Source: a phage | NCBI GenBank assembly: GCA_011915565.1 | Contig: GCA_011915565.1_3920.1 | Reading direction: 5' to 3' (one strand) | DNA length: 64,000 bases | In this document: positions 23,349-34,034 of the stretch, in pieces | Numbering within the stretch: the stretch's first letter is position 1 | Layout: each line of letters opens with the position of its first letter | The notes under the pieces: generated by a model | The model's database searches: none | Seen by the model: the letters and a program-made list of their open reading frames with translations, nothing else | What the model was told of the DNA's origin: nothing | Position numbers and translations under genes: made by a program

Positions 23349-25326
23349 AGGTCGTAAATTGAAAGAGGCTGGTCAGTTTATTGGTCATTGTGCATGTCCA
23401 CGTTGTGGTTCATCAGATGCTGGTTCAATCTATCATCATGACGATGATTCTTATTCGATGACTTGCTTTAGTTGTAACAAAGGTTTCCCAGAGTGGGATT
23501 TTGATAAAGGACAAATCGTGAGCACTTATTCTACTGGTTCAGACAATAAAAACCGTACTTTCCGTGGAATGGATTTAGACGATGTAAAAGAAAACCTAGA
23601 AGCAATGGACTTGAAAGACAGGAAGATTCCTGCAAAAGTCCTTGAACGCTTAGGTATCAAGGTTGACATTGACAGTGACGGTGAAATTGATGCGCACTTC
23701 TATCCAACTTACAAACGTAATGAAGATGGTAAGCTAGAACATGTTGGCTACCGTGTTCGTCACCGTTACCCAGAAGACCATCCAAAAGAGCACCTACGTG
23801 GTAAGCTAAAAGACTTTTCTGGTGGTGTTGGAGACATTAAAGGTGAACTGGCAATGTTCGGCTCATGGATTGCTCCAGAAGGTGGTAACCGTCTATTCAT
23901 CTGGGAAGGTGAGATGGAATGTGCGACAGCAATCTACATGACTTCTTTGGCGATTAAAGATAAGTCTCGTCGTAAGAATTACTGTCACGTATCTGTTCCG
24001 TCAGGTGCAAACATTAAGTCTATCAAAGATAACTATCAGTACATTACATCATTTGATGAAATTTACTTGTGCTTTGATAACGATGAAGCAGGTGCTAAAG
24101 CTACCAAAGAGGCTGCTGGTATCCTACCTATTGAGAAGGTTCGTTTATTCCAGTATCCAGAAGGTGTAAAAGACCTTAACGAATGGTGGACAAAGTTCTA
24201 TAAAGAGAAAGACACAGTTCTTGAAGGGTTTAAGCAGCGTATCTACAATGCGCCCCGTTACTGCCCTGCTGGTATCAAGAACTTCGCAGATGGTTTTGAG
24301 GCAATGAAGAATCGTGGTCAGATTCCATTGATTCCTTTCCCAGAATCTTTCGGAGATTTGAACAGGCTGACTTATGGCGGTTATGGTTTAGGTGAGATTA
24401 CAACTCTGGCAGCACCATCTTCAGTGGGTAAATCAGCATACACTCGTGAAATGATTTATACTGCTTGGAAAGATACCGATTACAATATTGGTGTAATTCC
24501 GGTCGAAGATACCTATGAAGAGTTGATGGAGATGCTCTGTGCAATCCACCTCAGCAAGCAGATTTCTGAGATTCCTTATGACGAACGTGATTGGGATGAA
24601 TTGAAGGAAGCACATGCAGAGCTATCTAAAGGTCGTCGTATCCACATCGTAGACCATCAAGGTGCAATTGACCAAGATAACCTGCTGGAATTTGTTGACT
24701 ATCTTGTTAACAGTTTAGACTGTAAGATTATTATTCTTGACCCTATCACGTTAGCTCTGTCACGTTCAGATACGGATGAAGAGGAAGTTTTGTCTGAGCT
24801 ATTGCGTCGTTGCAAACGCTACCAGTATGCGCAGGTAAACGTATGTCACGTTCGTAAGAGTGCAGGTGGTCAGAAAGCTAACTCTGAAGGTGGGGATATC
24901 TCTGAAGAGGATATCAAGGGTTCTGGTGCGTATTTCCAGATTTCCATGAATAATATTTTGTTAATGCGTAACAAGGTTGACCCAGACCCTGTTAAGAAAA
25001 ACTTGACAAAAATCAAGTTAACTAAATGTCGTCGTCACGGTAAGTCAACGGGTATTGCTGGTCATACTTGGTACAATCCAGATACAGGGCGTCTCATTAA
25101 AGCATCTGGTTGTGGAGTTGACATTGATGGTGCAGCAGAAAATATCCGTCAACAGTTTGGTATTGGTGAGGCTGAAGACCATTACGATGACTCTTTGCCA
25201 CATTATGAGGATGAAGTGTTTGACCGTGAGACTGGTGGAGTCTATACTGAAGAACAACGTCAAAGCTCAACGATTCCACCTGTATTAAGTGAGGATGCAG
25301 ATGACTGCCCGTTTGAAACTGAGTGA
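23335..25326 (+). CDS. primase-helicase (T7 gp4-like)
   Basis: N-terminal Zn finger CPRCGSSDAG...CFSCNKG; helicase Walker A APSSVGKSAY and Walker B IIILDPITLA. Confidence 0.8.
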   Translation: MLMSKGRKLKEAGQFIGHCACPRCGSSDAGSIYHHDDDSYSMTCFSCNKGFPEWDFDKGQIVSTYSTGSDNKNRTFRGMDLDDVKENLEAMDLKDRKIPAKVLERLGIKVDIDSDGEIDAHFYPTYKRNEDGKLEHVGYRVRHRYPEDHPKEHLRGKLKDFSGGVGDIKGELAMFGSWIAPEGGNRLFIWEGEMECATAIYMTSLAIKDKSRRKNYCHVSVPSGANIKSIKDNYQYITSFDEIYLCFDNDEAGAKATKEAAGILPIEKVRLFQYPEGVKDLNEWWTKFYKEKDTVLEGFKQRIYNAPRYCPAGIKNFADGFEAMKNRGQIPLIPFPESFGDLNRLTYGGYGLGEITTLAAPSSVGKSAYTREMIYTAWKDTDYNIGVIPVEDTYEELMEMLCAIHLSKQISEIPYDERDWDELKEAHAELSKGRRIHIVDHQGAIDQDNLLEFVDYLVNSLDCKIIILDPITLALSRSDTDEEEVLSELLRRCKRYQYAQVNVCHVRKSAGGQKANSEGGDISEEDIKGSGAYFQISMNNILLMRNKVDPDPVKKNLTKIKLTKCRRHGKSTGIAGHTWYNPDTGRLIKASGCGVDIDGAAENIRQQFGIGEAEDHYDDSLPHYEDEVFDRETGGVYTEEQRQSSTIPPVLSEDADDCPFETE

Positions 25327-25578
25327 TAGTTATAAAAGAGAGGGGTTCACACCCTTCTTTGAAGAAAAAAGTTTAAATAAATTTCAGGAAGAGTGTTTGA
25401 CAAAGATTGATAGGTTCTATAGAATGCTCTACATGAAATGTGATGGGGGTGTTGAGGTAGAAGAAAAGTTCCATCACAGTATTATCACAGTCACTATTAC
25501 TATACCTGAACATAATATTGGTTGGCTGTTTATAATGAAAGAAAATGTGTTTGAATATCAAGTATATCGGAGAATATC

Positions 25579-25728
25579 ATGAAACACTCTAAAGCATTTG
25601 AAAAAGTTTTTGGGGACTCTTTAAAAGCCACTGCTGGAAAACCAGCAAAATACTATGAAGAAAAACGTGTAAGAACTGGAAAAACTGCACGTAAAGCAGC
25701 TTCTAAAGATAAGCACAACTTCCAGTAA
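25579..25728 (+). CDS. small basic protein (not in the ORF track)
   Basis: 49 aa ORF MKHSKAFEKVFGDSLKATAGKPAKYYEEKRVRTGKTARKAASKDKHNFQ in an otherwise empty gap. Confidence 0.3.
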   Translation: MKHSKAFEKVFGDSLKATAGKPAKYYEEKRVRTGKTARKAASKDKHNFQ

Positions 25729-25735
25729 TTAATGT

Positions 25736-25764
25736 TTGACAATAGAGTATCAACAAATTAGAAT
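25736..25764 (+). promoter_or_regulatory. sigma70-type promoter upstream of the SSB gene
   Basis: TTGACA-N17-TAGAAT about 35 nt before the ATG at 25801. Confidence 0.55.
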
Positions 25765-25800
25765 TGGTACTCTTCATAAATTGAGATAGAGGTTTAAATA

Positions 25801-26658
25801 ATGTCTAAAGTTGTTAAAATGAAAGCTCCGGTAGAGAAGTACAATGGTACTGAACGTCAAACTCTGCGTTACCTGCTGAAAGATGTCTGGTTTTATTACC
25901 TGAATACTTCACCACGTCCGGGAAAAGGTAAGTCTATTGATAAGAAATTCCCAGGAAAAGATTGTAACTACAGCGTTTCAATTCTGGCAGAAGATGGTAA
26001 CAAGCTGTTTAAAGAGTTTACTAAGTCTAAGAAAAACCCAGAAGGTTGGGATAAAGTTACCACTGAAGCAGTTGATGCAGATGACTTCGAAGAGAAGTTT
26101 GGTTGCAAACCACCATTTGAAGCAGACACTTACTACATCTTGAAAGTAAGTCGTGCAGCAGCTTATAAAGATGGTGCTGTATGGACAGCTAAACAGTCAT
26201 TCCCTGTAATGCTGATTGAAGAAGTAAATGGTAAGCGTGTAGCTGTTAAGCAGCCGATGAAGAAAATCAAAGCTCAAGCATCTGACAAACATGAAGATGA
26301 TAAGAACTATGATGTAATTCATCCAGATATTGCAGTTGGTAACGGTTCTTTTGGTAGTGTGATTCTTTCTACTCACTTCTACACTTTTGAGAACAATGTC
26401 TTGACAAAGCCTATTCAGGAACAGTTTATCATTGATACTCTTGTACCTTACACTGGTGGTAACGGTGCTAACGGTGAACCTGAACTGGATGAAGATGAAC
26501 TGGCTATGCTTGGTCTTGATGGTGTCGAAGATAACGGTGAAATCACTGAAGAAGACGCAACAGACCATAAATCTTCGAATGATTCTGATGATGGTGACGA
26601 TGAAGACTTGCCAGACCCAGATGACGAAGAAGATGAAGACTTCGATACAGAAGACTAA
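25801..26658 (+). CDS. single-stranded DNA-binding protein with acidic C-terminal tail
   Basis: Last ~55 aa are D/E-rich (DDEDLPDPDDEEDEDFDTED), the T7 gp2.5-type tail; between primase-helicase and exonuclease. Confidence 0.55.
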   Translation: MSKVVKMKAPVEKYNGTERQTLRYLLKDVWFYYLNTSPRPGKGKSIDKKFPGKDCNYSVSILAEDGNKLFKEFTKSKKNPEGWDKVTTEAVDADDFEEKFGCKPPFEADTYYILKVSRAAAYKDGAVWTAKQSFPVMLIEEVNGKRVAVKQPMKKIKAQASDKHEDDKNYDVIHPDIAVGNGSFGSVILSTHFYTFENNVLTKPIQEQFIIDTLVPYTGGNGANGEPELDEDELAMLGLDGVEDNGEITEEDATDHKSSNDSDDGDDEDLPDPDDEEDEDFDTED

Positions 26659-26675
26659 TCTCTAAAAGTTACTTT

Positions 26676-26706
26676 AAAGCCCTGTACTTAGTATGGGGCT
26701 TTTTCA
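26676..26706 (+). terminator. intrinsic terminator
   Basis: aaagccc-loop-ggggcttttt. Confidence 0.5.
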
Positions 26707-26720
26707 TATGGAGAGCCATA

Positions 26721-27761
26721 ATGGAGAAGTACACATTAACAAAGCTTCCCGATTCAGTTACACATGTCTTTATTGACTCTGACAGCATTGCCTATAAAGG
26801 TGCTTGTGTAGTTGAGAAAGCAAAGTATAAATACGTTAATAAACTCACAGCAGAAGAATCTGAACCATTTGATAATGCGAAAGATGCTGCAAGATGGTTA
26901 GCAGACCAGAGAATCCTTGTGGAAGAGCTTGGCCTGACATTTGATGAAGATGAATGGGAAAGACAGACTTGGAAAGAAGCTAAGAGTGAAAAAGAAGCTA
27001 TCATGGCTACTCAACAGGTGCTTCAGGAATGGCTTAAGGTTGTTGGGAAAGAGAGAACTTGGGTAGGCTATTTAACAGAGAAAGGTGTGCATAAACATAA
27101 AGACGTTAAAGGTCTTGAGCACCAATATCAAGGCAACCGTAAAGATGCTGTCACACCAACACACTTAGTTGCTTGTCGTGAATACCTTCTGTCAAGACCA
27201 GAGTTTAAGCTCTTAAAGGGGGGCTTCGAAGCCGATTCAATCGTAATCGCTAAAGCTGAAAAGATGGGTAAGAAAGCTGCTCTTATGAGTATTGACAAAG
27301 ACCTTCGACAAGCTGAAGGAACTTATTGTATTGATATGACTTATGAAAAGTCACCACTAATTTTTATTGCTGACAATAATGTTGGTGATATCTGGGATTG
27401 CCCTATCAAATCAAAACCAAAAGCTGCAAAAACAGTTGGCGTAGGTTTTAAATTCTTGTGTTATCAGGCTGTTGCTGGAGATAATGCAGACAACTACTTC
27501 GGCCTAAAAGGTGCTGGTAAAGTAGCTGTGATGAATGCTTTAGAGGGTAAAGAGACCTACAAAGAGTGTCTTGACGCTATCTATGAACTTTATGCTAAAA
27601 AAGATTCTTATACCTATGTGTCATGGGATGGACAGACTGTTACCAAAACACCATTAGAGTTAATGGAACAGCATTTCTGGATAGCATATCAAGAGAGAAA
27701 TCCAAAAGACAATTTCTCTTTCAAGAAATATAATTGGGAGCCGTGTATGAATGAAGATTAA
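26721..27761 (+). CDS. 5'-3' exonuclease / flap endonuclease
   Basis: N-terminal HVFIDSDSIAYKGA resembles the FEN acidic pocket; GDNADNYFGLKGAGKVA resembles the H3TH motif. Confidence 0.6.
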   Translation: MEKYTLTKLPDSVTHVFIDSDSIAYKGACVVEKAKYKYVNKLTAEESEPFDNAKDAARWLADQRILVEELGLTFDEDEWERQTWKEAKSEKEAIMATQQVLQEWLKVVGKERTWVGYLTEKGVHKHKDVKGLEHQYQGNRKDAVTPTHLVACREYLLSRPEFKLLKGGFEADSIVIAKAEKMGKKAALMSIDKDLRQAEGTYCIDMTYEKSPLIFIADNNVGDIWDCPIKSKPKAAKTVGVGFKFLCYQAVAGDNADNYFGLKGAGKVAVMNALEGKETYKECLDAIYELYAKKDSYTYVSWDGQTVTKTPLELMEQHFWIAYQERNPKDNFSFKKYNWEPCMNED

Positions 27762-28248
27762 AGGATTTGGCAATTGCCCCACCTACGGTCATTGGGTATC
27801 TTTATGTGGGGAAGTTGACCCCACTAAACATTTTGGCTTTGTCTATTTAGTGCACTGTAAGAAGACTGGACAATATTATATCGGAAAGAAACAGCTTAAC
27901 AGCGTGACAAAAAGAAAAGTTGCTGGGAAGACTCGGAAGAAGGTAGTCACTAAGGAGAGTGATTGGATGACTTACGAGACTTCTTCTGAGTATATTAAAA
28001 AAGATATTGAGAGCTTTGGAAAAGAATTTTTTGACTTTTACATCATTCAGACCTACTACACAAAAGGTGGCCTAGTCTATGGTGAAGCAAACCTTCAACA
28101 TAAATTCGATGTAATGACAAAAAGGATTGACTCGAAGCTCAGACTCTTCTACAATGCCAATATTGCAGCAATTAAGTTTATTACTAAAGAAACTTATGAA
28201 GATGCTGAAAAAAGAATCCATAAGGTAATGAAAGCAAATTGTGCTTGA
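27751..28248 (+). mobile_element. GIY-YIG-like (T5orf172-type) nuclease domain protein
   Basis: GFVYLVHCKKTGQYYIGKK matches a GIY...YIG spacing; free-standing between replication genes. Confidence 0.45.
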
Positions 28249-28254
28249 TAACTA

Positions 28255-28518
28255 TTGAGAGAGAATAAAATGTTTAACAAAAGCAAAGCTGTGAATTATG
28301 TAGCAAAAGTTGACAGTAAGATTGAAGAACTTGAGCGCATTCTTGCAAATGCTAGAGAATCAATAATTAAAGAAGTTGAAGCTGTTGAATCACAAATGCA
28401 GCACCTAATGCTTAAACGCCAAGAGCTACGTGAGCATCTAGAATATATTGAAACACGAGAGCTAAAAGTTAACAGATATTTTAAGGAGTCCGAATGTTTA
28501 ACTCAAGAGAATCAGTAA
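28255..28518 (+). CDS. small coiled-coil protein
   Basis: 87 aa, heptad-rich. Confidence 0.4.
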   Translation: MRENKMFNKSKAVNYVAKVDSKIEELERILANARESIIKEVEAVESQMQHLMLKRQELREHLEYIETRELKVNRYFKESECLTQENQ

Positions 28519-29249
28519 AAAACTGGAACCTTCGTTGTGGAAACACTCAAAAGCAACCTTACAGTAATGAGTATTGGGAATCTTTAAAATCTCAATCTCT
28601 GTGTATGCTTGAAGAAGCAAAAGAGCTTGTAAAAGCAATTGAAGAGAAAGACCCCATTGAGACATTGGATGCTCAGGTAGATTTGCAATATGTTCTTAAC
28701 GGTTTGATTTACCTGTCACAACATGACCACAACGGTGCTATGGAAGCTGTTTGCCATAATAATGACCTGAAGTACACAGATGACTATGAAGAAGCTTTAA
28801 AACGTCTTGCAGACATTGAAAAGCGTACTGGTCAAGAGTGTATTATTCGAATGTCAGTGGTTGATGGTAAAGAGTGGTATGCGATTGTCCGTGCAGCCGA
28901 TGGGAAGATTATGAAGCAATCAAATCTCCCTAAAGTACAGCTTGGTGAATACATTGTAGAGCTTGAAAGCCAAGAACTTTTTGTGGTAGTATCTGAGACA
29001 TGCGTTATCTGCAAAGGTATTGTAGGTAGCTTAAAGGATTTGGGTGTAGATGGTTTTGTAGAAGTTAATCCAATTACCTCTAAAGCAGATAAAGACTTCT
29101 GTAAAGAGAATGGACTATGGATTGCAGATATTGTCTACTATGATGGTGAGCAGTTCCATGTAACCTCATACCCGAAACTGAATTATGATGCTAATAACCT
29201 GAAGTGCTGGTTAAAAGGGGTTGGTTATAATGGATTCACAGAACATTAA
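28494..29249 (+). CDS. hypothetical protein, possible MazG-like NTP pyrophosphatase N-domain
   Basis: LEEAKELVKAIEEKD...DAQVDL resembles an EExxE/D metal-binding helix pair; weak. Confidence 0.3.
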   Translation: MFNSRESVKNWNLRCGNTQKQPYSNEYWESLKSQSLCMLEEAKELVKAIEEKDPIETLDAQVDLQYVLNGLIYLSQHDHNGAMEAVCHNNDLKYTDDYEEALKRLADIEKRTGQECIIRMSVVDGKEWYAIVRAADGKIMKQSNLPKVQLGEYIVELESQELFVVVSETCVICKGIVGSLKDLGVDGFVEVNPITSKADKDFCKENGLWIADIVYYDGEQFHVTSYPKLNYDANNLKCWLKGVGYNGFTEH

Positions 29250-29553
29250 TAAAGAGGGTGTGGCTCAGAAGAGCCACTTCTCAAACTACAATATTTCTAT
29301 GACGGTGTTTATGAATGACCCGTTACTTGAAAAGTATGGTGAGACTCCAGATACACTTCTGGATAATGAACAAGTTTTAAAAGCAGTCCTGTACAAATAC
29401 GGGATTGACATTGAGAAAGAGTATTCTTTTGAAATCTGCCAACACAGGAATACTTTTGGTAAAGTTGTGATGGCTCCACTTTTTATGGGTGTAGAAAGGA
29501 CTGACTACGGTTGGTTATATCTAAAAAGAAACTTGGAGAAATACCGTGTTTAA
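29221..29553 (+). CDS. hypothetical protein
   Basis: 110 aa ORF. Confidence 0.4.
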   Translation: MVIMDSQNINKEGVAQKSHFSNYNISMTVFMNDPLLEKYGETPDTLLDNEQVLKAVLYKYGIDIEKEYSFEICQHRNTFGKVVMAPLFMGVERTDYGWLYLKRNLEKYRV

Positions 29554-29881
29554 AGCAAAGAAGTTAGATTACGATGACATTATCTCAGGTGCTAAATTAG
29601 GTGTTGATAGTATCGGACAAGATGTTAAGCACGGGGACACAGTTATGTACTGTGATGACCGAAGAGGAAGAAGTGCAATCTTGTTTGGAAAAGTTGTATG
29701 TAAAATACGCGGTAATTATGTTGTTTCAGATATGGATGGCAACGTCGCACAAAAGCTCAAAATAATCATGGATAGCAAGACTCCATCATGGCTCTTAAAT
29801 TGTATGCACGCTTCGTCTATCACAAAAGTAAGTGATAAGTTTTACGATATGTGGCAGAATGAGCAAATTTTCAAGATTTAA
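29546..29881 (+). CDS. hypothetical protein
   Basis: 111 aa ORF ending just before a terminator. Confidence 0.4.
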   Translation: MFKAKKLDYDDIISGAKLGVDSIGQDVKHGDTVMYCDDRRGRSAILFGKVVCKIRGNYVVSDMDGNVAQKLKIIMDSKTPSWLLNCMHASSITKVSDKFYDMWQNEQIFKI

Positions 29882-29885
29882 ACTA

Positions 29886-29911
29886 GGGAGCCTCTTCGGA
29901 GGCTCTTTTCA
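29886..29911 (+). terminator. intrinsic terminator
   Basis: ggagcctc-ttcg-gaggctc hairpin then ttttc. Confidence 0.65.
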
Positions 29912-29927
29912 TCTGTAGGATTAGAAA

Positions 29928-32162
29928 ATGATTAAGACAATTAAAAAATCAAATGGTACAGTAGTAAGCTTTGACCCAGAAAGACTGAATAAGTGGGCAT
30001 CATGGGCAGATAAACGTGGAATTATCTGGTCAGAAGTCACTATGGAAGCTATGAAACGTGTCTATGAGGGTTGCACTACAAAAGAGATGCACCAAGCCAT
30101 GATTGATGTTTGTGTTGATAAACAAACTCAAGAGTACTCAGATATGGCTGGACGACTGCTTTTGGGTATTATCTACAAAGAAGCCTTTGGAGGCTTTACT
30201 AAGGTTCCTACGCTGATTACCTTCGTTAAAAATATGGAGAGAGCAGGACTTTGGGAGAAGATGGATTATTCACAGGAAGAGCTTGAATACCTGCAAGGTT
30301 ACATCGTGCACTCAAAAGATATCTCTTACGGTTATGCAGTCTTGAAACAGTTCAGAGACAAGTACGGTATCCGTGATATTAAAACGGGAAGACTGTTTGA
30401 GTCACCACAATTTATGTTCATGGGTATGGCTATGAAAGCCTTTGAGAAGCAACCAAAGCACCGTAGACTGCAAGATGTTATCAAGCTGTACACTTACCTA
30501 TCTGACCTGAAGATTAACGCTCCTACGCCCTATTTAAACGGGTTAAGAGCAACTAAATCAGGTTATGCGTCATGCTGTTTGATTAAGGCAAATGACACTG
30601 CTGAATCACTTGGTATTGCTGCAAAGGTTGCTTATGATATGACTACAAAGCAAGCTGGTATTGGTATGCTTATGGAGACTCGCACTATTGGTGATGGTAT
30701 CCGTCAAAATACTATTGAGCACATGGGTAAGCTACCTTATTACAAGCTTGTACGTTCATCTGTAGAGGCAAATAAACAGAAGAGCCGTGGTGGTTCAGCT
30801 AATAACTTCTACACTGCTCTAGACCCGCAGATTGAAGATTTACTGCGTTTGAAGCACCCTACAACGGTTCCTTCTAAACGTATTAATGAGATGGACTATT
30901 CATTCGGCACAAACGATTATTTCTGGCAGTGTGTTCAGTATGATACAGATTGGTTGCTATTCTCTTACAAAGATGCACCAAAACTCTATGACATGTTCTA
31001 CACAGCATCTGCTGATGAGTTTGCTATGGCAGTTGGTCATGCAGTACATTCAGGTGTTAAGCACAGACGGGTAAAGGCTCGTGAAATTGCTAAGCTGTTT
31101 ATTCAACAGCGTTATGCTACAGGTCGTGTGTATCCATTCTTCACTAACAATGTAAACACACATACACCATTTAAAGAACCATTGAAGATGTCAAATCTTT
31201 GTATGGAAATTGTATTGCCAGTGTATGGTTTTGAGAAAGAGACAGACCTTTACAGAGATGATGCTGTGAAAGAGGATGGTGAGGTGGCTCTTTGCTTCCT
31301 AGCTAGTTTGGTTGCAGGGAGAATTTCAGAAGATGAATACGCTGACGTTGCTTATTATGCTCTTGCAATGGTTGACTCCGTTATTGACCTTATGGATTAT
31401 CCGTATCCGTCGATGCGTAACCATGTTCAGAAGCGTCGTTCTGTTGGGATTGGCCTTACAAATGTGGCTCATTACCTTGCGAAGAACTACGTGAACTACT
31501 CTTCACGAGCAGGTAAGACAAAGCTTCATGAACTTGCAGAGATGCACTCTTACTACTTACACGAAGCCTCTCTGAGACTTGCTAAAGAACGTGGTGTACC
31601 TGAGTATATGCAGTTCACTAAGTATCCTGAAGGTTGGGTTCCTCCGAAGACAGCTAACAGGAAGATTGATGAGAAGCATGATGCAAAGCTTCGTTATGAT
31701 TGGGATGACTTAGCACAACGTATTAAAGAAAATGGTGGAATCCGAAACTCTGTATTAGAAGCTTACATGCCTAATGAGAGTTCTTCACTGGCAACTAATA
31801 CGACAAATGGCTTGTATCCAATTCGTGACTTTATTTTAACTAAAAAGTCTGCAACTGGTAACGTACTGTTTATTGTTCCAGATTATGAAGAGTTGAAGTA
31901 TGTCTATGAAATTGCTTGGGATATTGACACCTTTGATATGATTGATTGTTATGCAATTGTTCAAAAGTTCACTGGTCAAGCTATCTCTTCAGACTTCTAT
32001 GTTGACTATGCAAAGTCTAAGAAGGTATCATTGGCTCAAGCTCTGAAGTACATGATTTATGCCAACTCGGTAGGTATGAAAACCATGTACTATCTTAACA
32101 GTCGCATTGGTGTAGGTAAATCTGCACTGCAAGATGCTTATTGCGAGGGTTGTGGTGTTTAG
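29928..32162 (+). CDS. nrdA: ribonucleotide reductase class I large subunit
   Basis: 744 aa with NLCMEIVLP-type active-site region and C-terminal CEGCGV. Confidence 0.9.
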   Translation: MIKTIKKSNGTVVSFDPERLNKWASWADKRGIIWSEVTMEAMKRVYEGCTTKEMHQAMIDVCVDKQTQEYSDMAGRLLLGIIYKEAFGGFTKVPTLITFVKNMERAGLWEKMDYSQEELEYLQGYIVHSKDISYGYAVLKQFRDKYGIRDIKTGRLFESPQFMFMGMAMKAFEKQPKHRRLQDVIKLYTYLSDLKINAPTPYLNGLRATKSGYASCCLIKANDTAESLGIAAKVAYDMTTKQAGIGMLMETRTIGDGIRQNTIEHMGKLPYYKLVRSSVEANKQKSRGGSANNFYTALDPQIEDLLRLKHPTTVPSKRINEMDYSFGTNDYFWQCVQYDTDWLLFSYKDAPKLYDMFYTASADEFAMAVGHAVHSGVKHRRVKAREIAKLFIQQRYATGRVYPFFTNNVNTHTPFKEPLKMSNLCMEIVLPVYGFEKETDLYRDDAVKEDGEVALCFLASLVAGRISEDEYADVAYYALAMVDSVIDLMDYPYPSMRNHVQKRRSVGIGLTNVAHYLAKNYVNYSSRAGKTKLHELAEMHSYYLHEASLRLAKERGVPEYMQFTKYPEGWVPPKTANRKIDEKHDAKLRYDWDDLAQRIKENGGIRNSVLEAYMPNESSSLATNTTNGLYPIRDFILTKKSATGNVLFIVPDYEELKYVYEIAWDIDTFDMIDCYAIVQKFTGQAISSDFYVDYAKSKKVSLAQALKYMIYANSVGMKTMYYLNSRIGVGKSALQDAYCEGCGV

Positions 32163-32217
32163 TTTTAACAACTATGAGGGTCGTAAAAGACCCTCTAAAA
32201 ATAACTTTGGAGAGAGT

Positions 32218-32475
32218 ATGAAGGACTTAATAGCAAATCATGAGTGGCCAATTTATCTGTTCTACAAACCTCGGAAAACGTTGTACTATGTAAGTAGCAC
32301 AGATATGATGATAAAACAAAATGATGACTCATGGGTCGATGGTGTGTCATACATCTCTACAGCAGATGGTAAAATCTATGCAAGACCATATGAAATGTTC
32401 AATGAAGAAAATTGGGAAGTTCTAGACCGAAAACAAGCCTTAGAAATGATAAAGAAAGGAGAAATCACACTATGA
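32218..32475 (+). CDS. hypothetical protein between nrdA and nrdB
   Basis: Start set at MKDLIANHEW with GGAGAG RBS; track ORF begins 32134. Confidence 0.4.
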   Translation: MKDLIANHEWPIYLFYKPRKTLYYVSSTDMMIKQNDDSWVDGVSYISTADGKIYARPYEMFNEENWEVLDRKQALEMIKKGEITL

Positions 32476-33545
32476 TTAACCAACACCCAATCTTTTTAGG
32501 TGGTGAGAGAAAGACATTTGACTCACTTAATAAACACTACCCAAAAATCTTTGAGCTATATAAACAACAAAAAGCGCAAGACTGGTCAGAAGATGAGTTT
32601 CCTTTTGAACAATCACGTCTTGATTTTGAGAGTGTGCCAGCATCAATGTCAGGTGTAATGCTTGAGATTCTTAAGTGGCAGTGGGAAGCAGATACCCAAG
32701 TTGCTAAGAGCTTGGCATTCGCCTTTGCACCATTCATCTCTGATGACATCTATGCAACTGCAATTATGAAGCAGTCTGAGATTGAAAACCTACATGCTCT
32801 TACTTACTCAGAGATTGTAAGGCAATGTATTAAAAACCCTGAAACAATCTTAGATGAGATTAACCAGAATGTTGCTGTGCAAGACCGATTAAAAACCGTG
32901 AATCGTGTTCTTGAAGAATTACTGGATGAAGGTATAAACTATCGCCTGAGTTATGTCCGTGATTCACTTCTGGACAAAGACCCTTTACACTTCCATAAAG
33001 CGATTCTGAAAGGGCTGTTTGCAGTGACTGCACTTGAAGGTATATCTTTTATGGCATCCTTTGCATGTACTTTTGCACTTGATGCTCAAGATAAATTTCA
33101 GGGTATTGCTCAAGCTGTCCAGAAAATTATGCTTGACGAAATCCTTCACACTAAAATTGATATTGAAGTTTTAAAAGAAACTTTAAGAGATGATGAGTGG
33201 CAGAAAGCTTTTCAACAAATTCTTCCAGAGATTAAAGTAATCTTAGATGAAGTAGTTGAAAGTGAAGAGAAATGGTCGTATTATATCTTCTCCGAAGGAC
33301 GTGCTGTAGTTGGCTTAAATACAAAGCTTCTTCATGAGTGGGTTTACTATAATGCTGCCCCACTGTATGATATGTTTGGCATTCCCAGAGATTTTGTAGC
33401 TCCTAAAGAACCACCTTTGAAGTATATGATTAAGAAGATGGAAATTGATAAAGAGCAGAATGCTAATCAGGAGCAACAGAACGGTGCGTACCTGTTGAAT
33501 ACTGTTGTAGATGATTTGAATAGTGGATTTTTAGAGGTTCCTTAA
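32472..33545 (+). CDS. nrdB: ribonucleotide reductase class I small subunit
   Basis: Start at MINQHPIFLGGERK (GGAG RBS, ATGA overlap); 357 aa, size and position fit NrdB. Confidence 0.85.
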   Translation: MINQHPIFLGGERKTFDSLNKHYPKIFELYKQQKAQDWSEDEFPFEQSRLDFESVPASMSGVMLEILKWQWEADTQVAKSLAFAFAPFISDDIYATAIMKQSEIENLHALTYSEIVRQCIKNPETILDEINQNVAVQDRLKTVNRVLEELLDEGINYRLSYVRDSLLDKDPLHFHKAILKGLFAVTALEGISFMASFACTFALDAQDKFQGIAQAVQKIMLDEILHTKIDIEVLKETLRDDEWQKAFQQILPEIKVILDEVVESEEKWSYYIFSEGRAVVGLNTKLLHEWVYYNAAPLYDMFGIPRDFVAPKEPPLKYMIKKMEIDKEQNANQEQQNGAYLLNTVVDDLNSGFLEVP

Positions 33546-33787
33546 TGACTTATGTGATTTACTCCAAAACTGGATGCCATCAGTGTGAGACTGCAAAGAA
33601 TTTTGCAAAAGCTCGTGGTATTGACCATGTTGTGAGAATGTTAGGGCAGGATTATGAACTGTCAGACCTGATGGATATTGCACAGATGCCAGTTCGTCAG
33701 ATGCCGTTCATCATGAAAACTGATGGACAAAACCTAAAACCTGTTGGAACGCTACAGAATTTTATGGCAGAGGTGAATAATGCTTAA
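33545..33787 (+). CDS. glutaredoxin/NrdH-like redoxin
   Basis: 80 aa; active-site-like CHQC near N-terminus (YSKTGCHQCETAK). Confidence 0.6.
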   Translation: MTYVIYSKTGCHQCETAKNFAKARGIDHVVRMLGQDYELSDLMDIAQMPVRQMPFIMKTDGQNLKPVGTLQNFMAEVNNA

Positions 33788-33986
33788 ACGCCTTTGGGAA
33801 GGTTTGGTTGTTGATGCACCAGCTATTGTGATTGGTATGCTTGTTGTTAACCTATTTACTGATTTTGAACAAGGTTCATTGTTTGGGGCCATGTTACTAT
33901 GGGTTATCTTTGAAATATTAGAGATACAGCTAGGCATCACTGAAAAACTGAGAAAACTCGTTTCTAAGTTTTCTAAAAAGATTTAA
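33780..33986 (+). CDS. small membrane protein
   Basis: Two hydrophobic segments. Confidence 0.4.
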   Translation: MLKRLWEGLVVDAPAIVIGMLVVNLFTDFEQGSLFGAMLLWVIFEILEIQLGITEKLRKLVSKFSKKI

Positions 33987-33992
33987 AATGAA

Positions 33993-34015
33993 AGGGTCTC
34001 TTCGGAGACCTTTTT
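33993..34015 (+). terminator. intrinsic terminator
   Basis: gggtctc-ttcg-gagacc then ttttt. Confidence 0.65.
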
Positions 34016-34034
34016 AGCATGTAAAGGGGCAATA

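Noticed and set aside
25289-25582. 97 aa ORF overlapping the 3' end of the primase-helicase gene
   Set aside because: Starts inside the primase-helicase coding region in another frame with no RBS; the shorter 25579-25728 ORF is a more plausible gene in this gap.
32134-32475. Group I intron or intron-encoded endonuclease between nrdA and nrdB
   Set aside because: nrdA and nrdB read as intact, uninterrupted ORFs and the intervening ORF has no nuclease motifs; only a small hairpin (gagggtc...gaccctc) is present.
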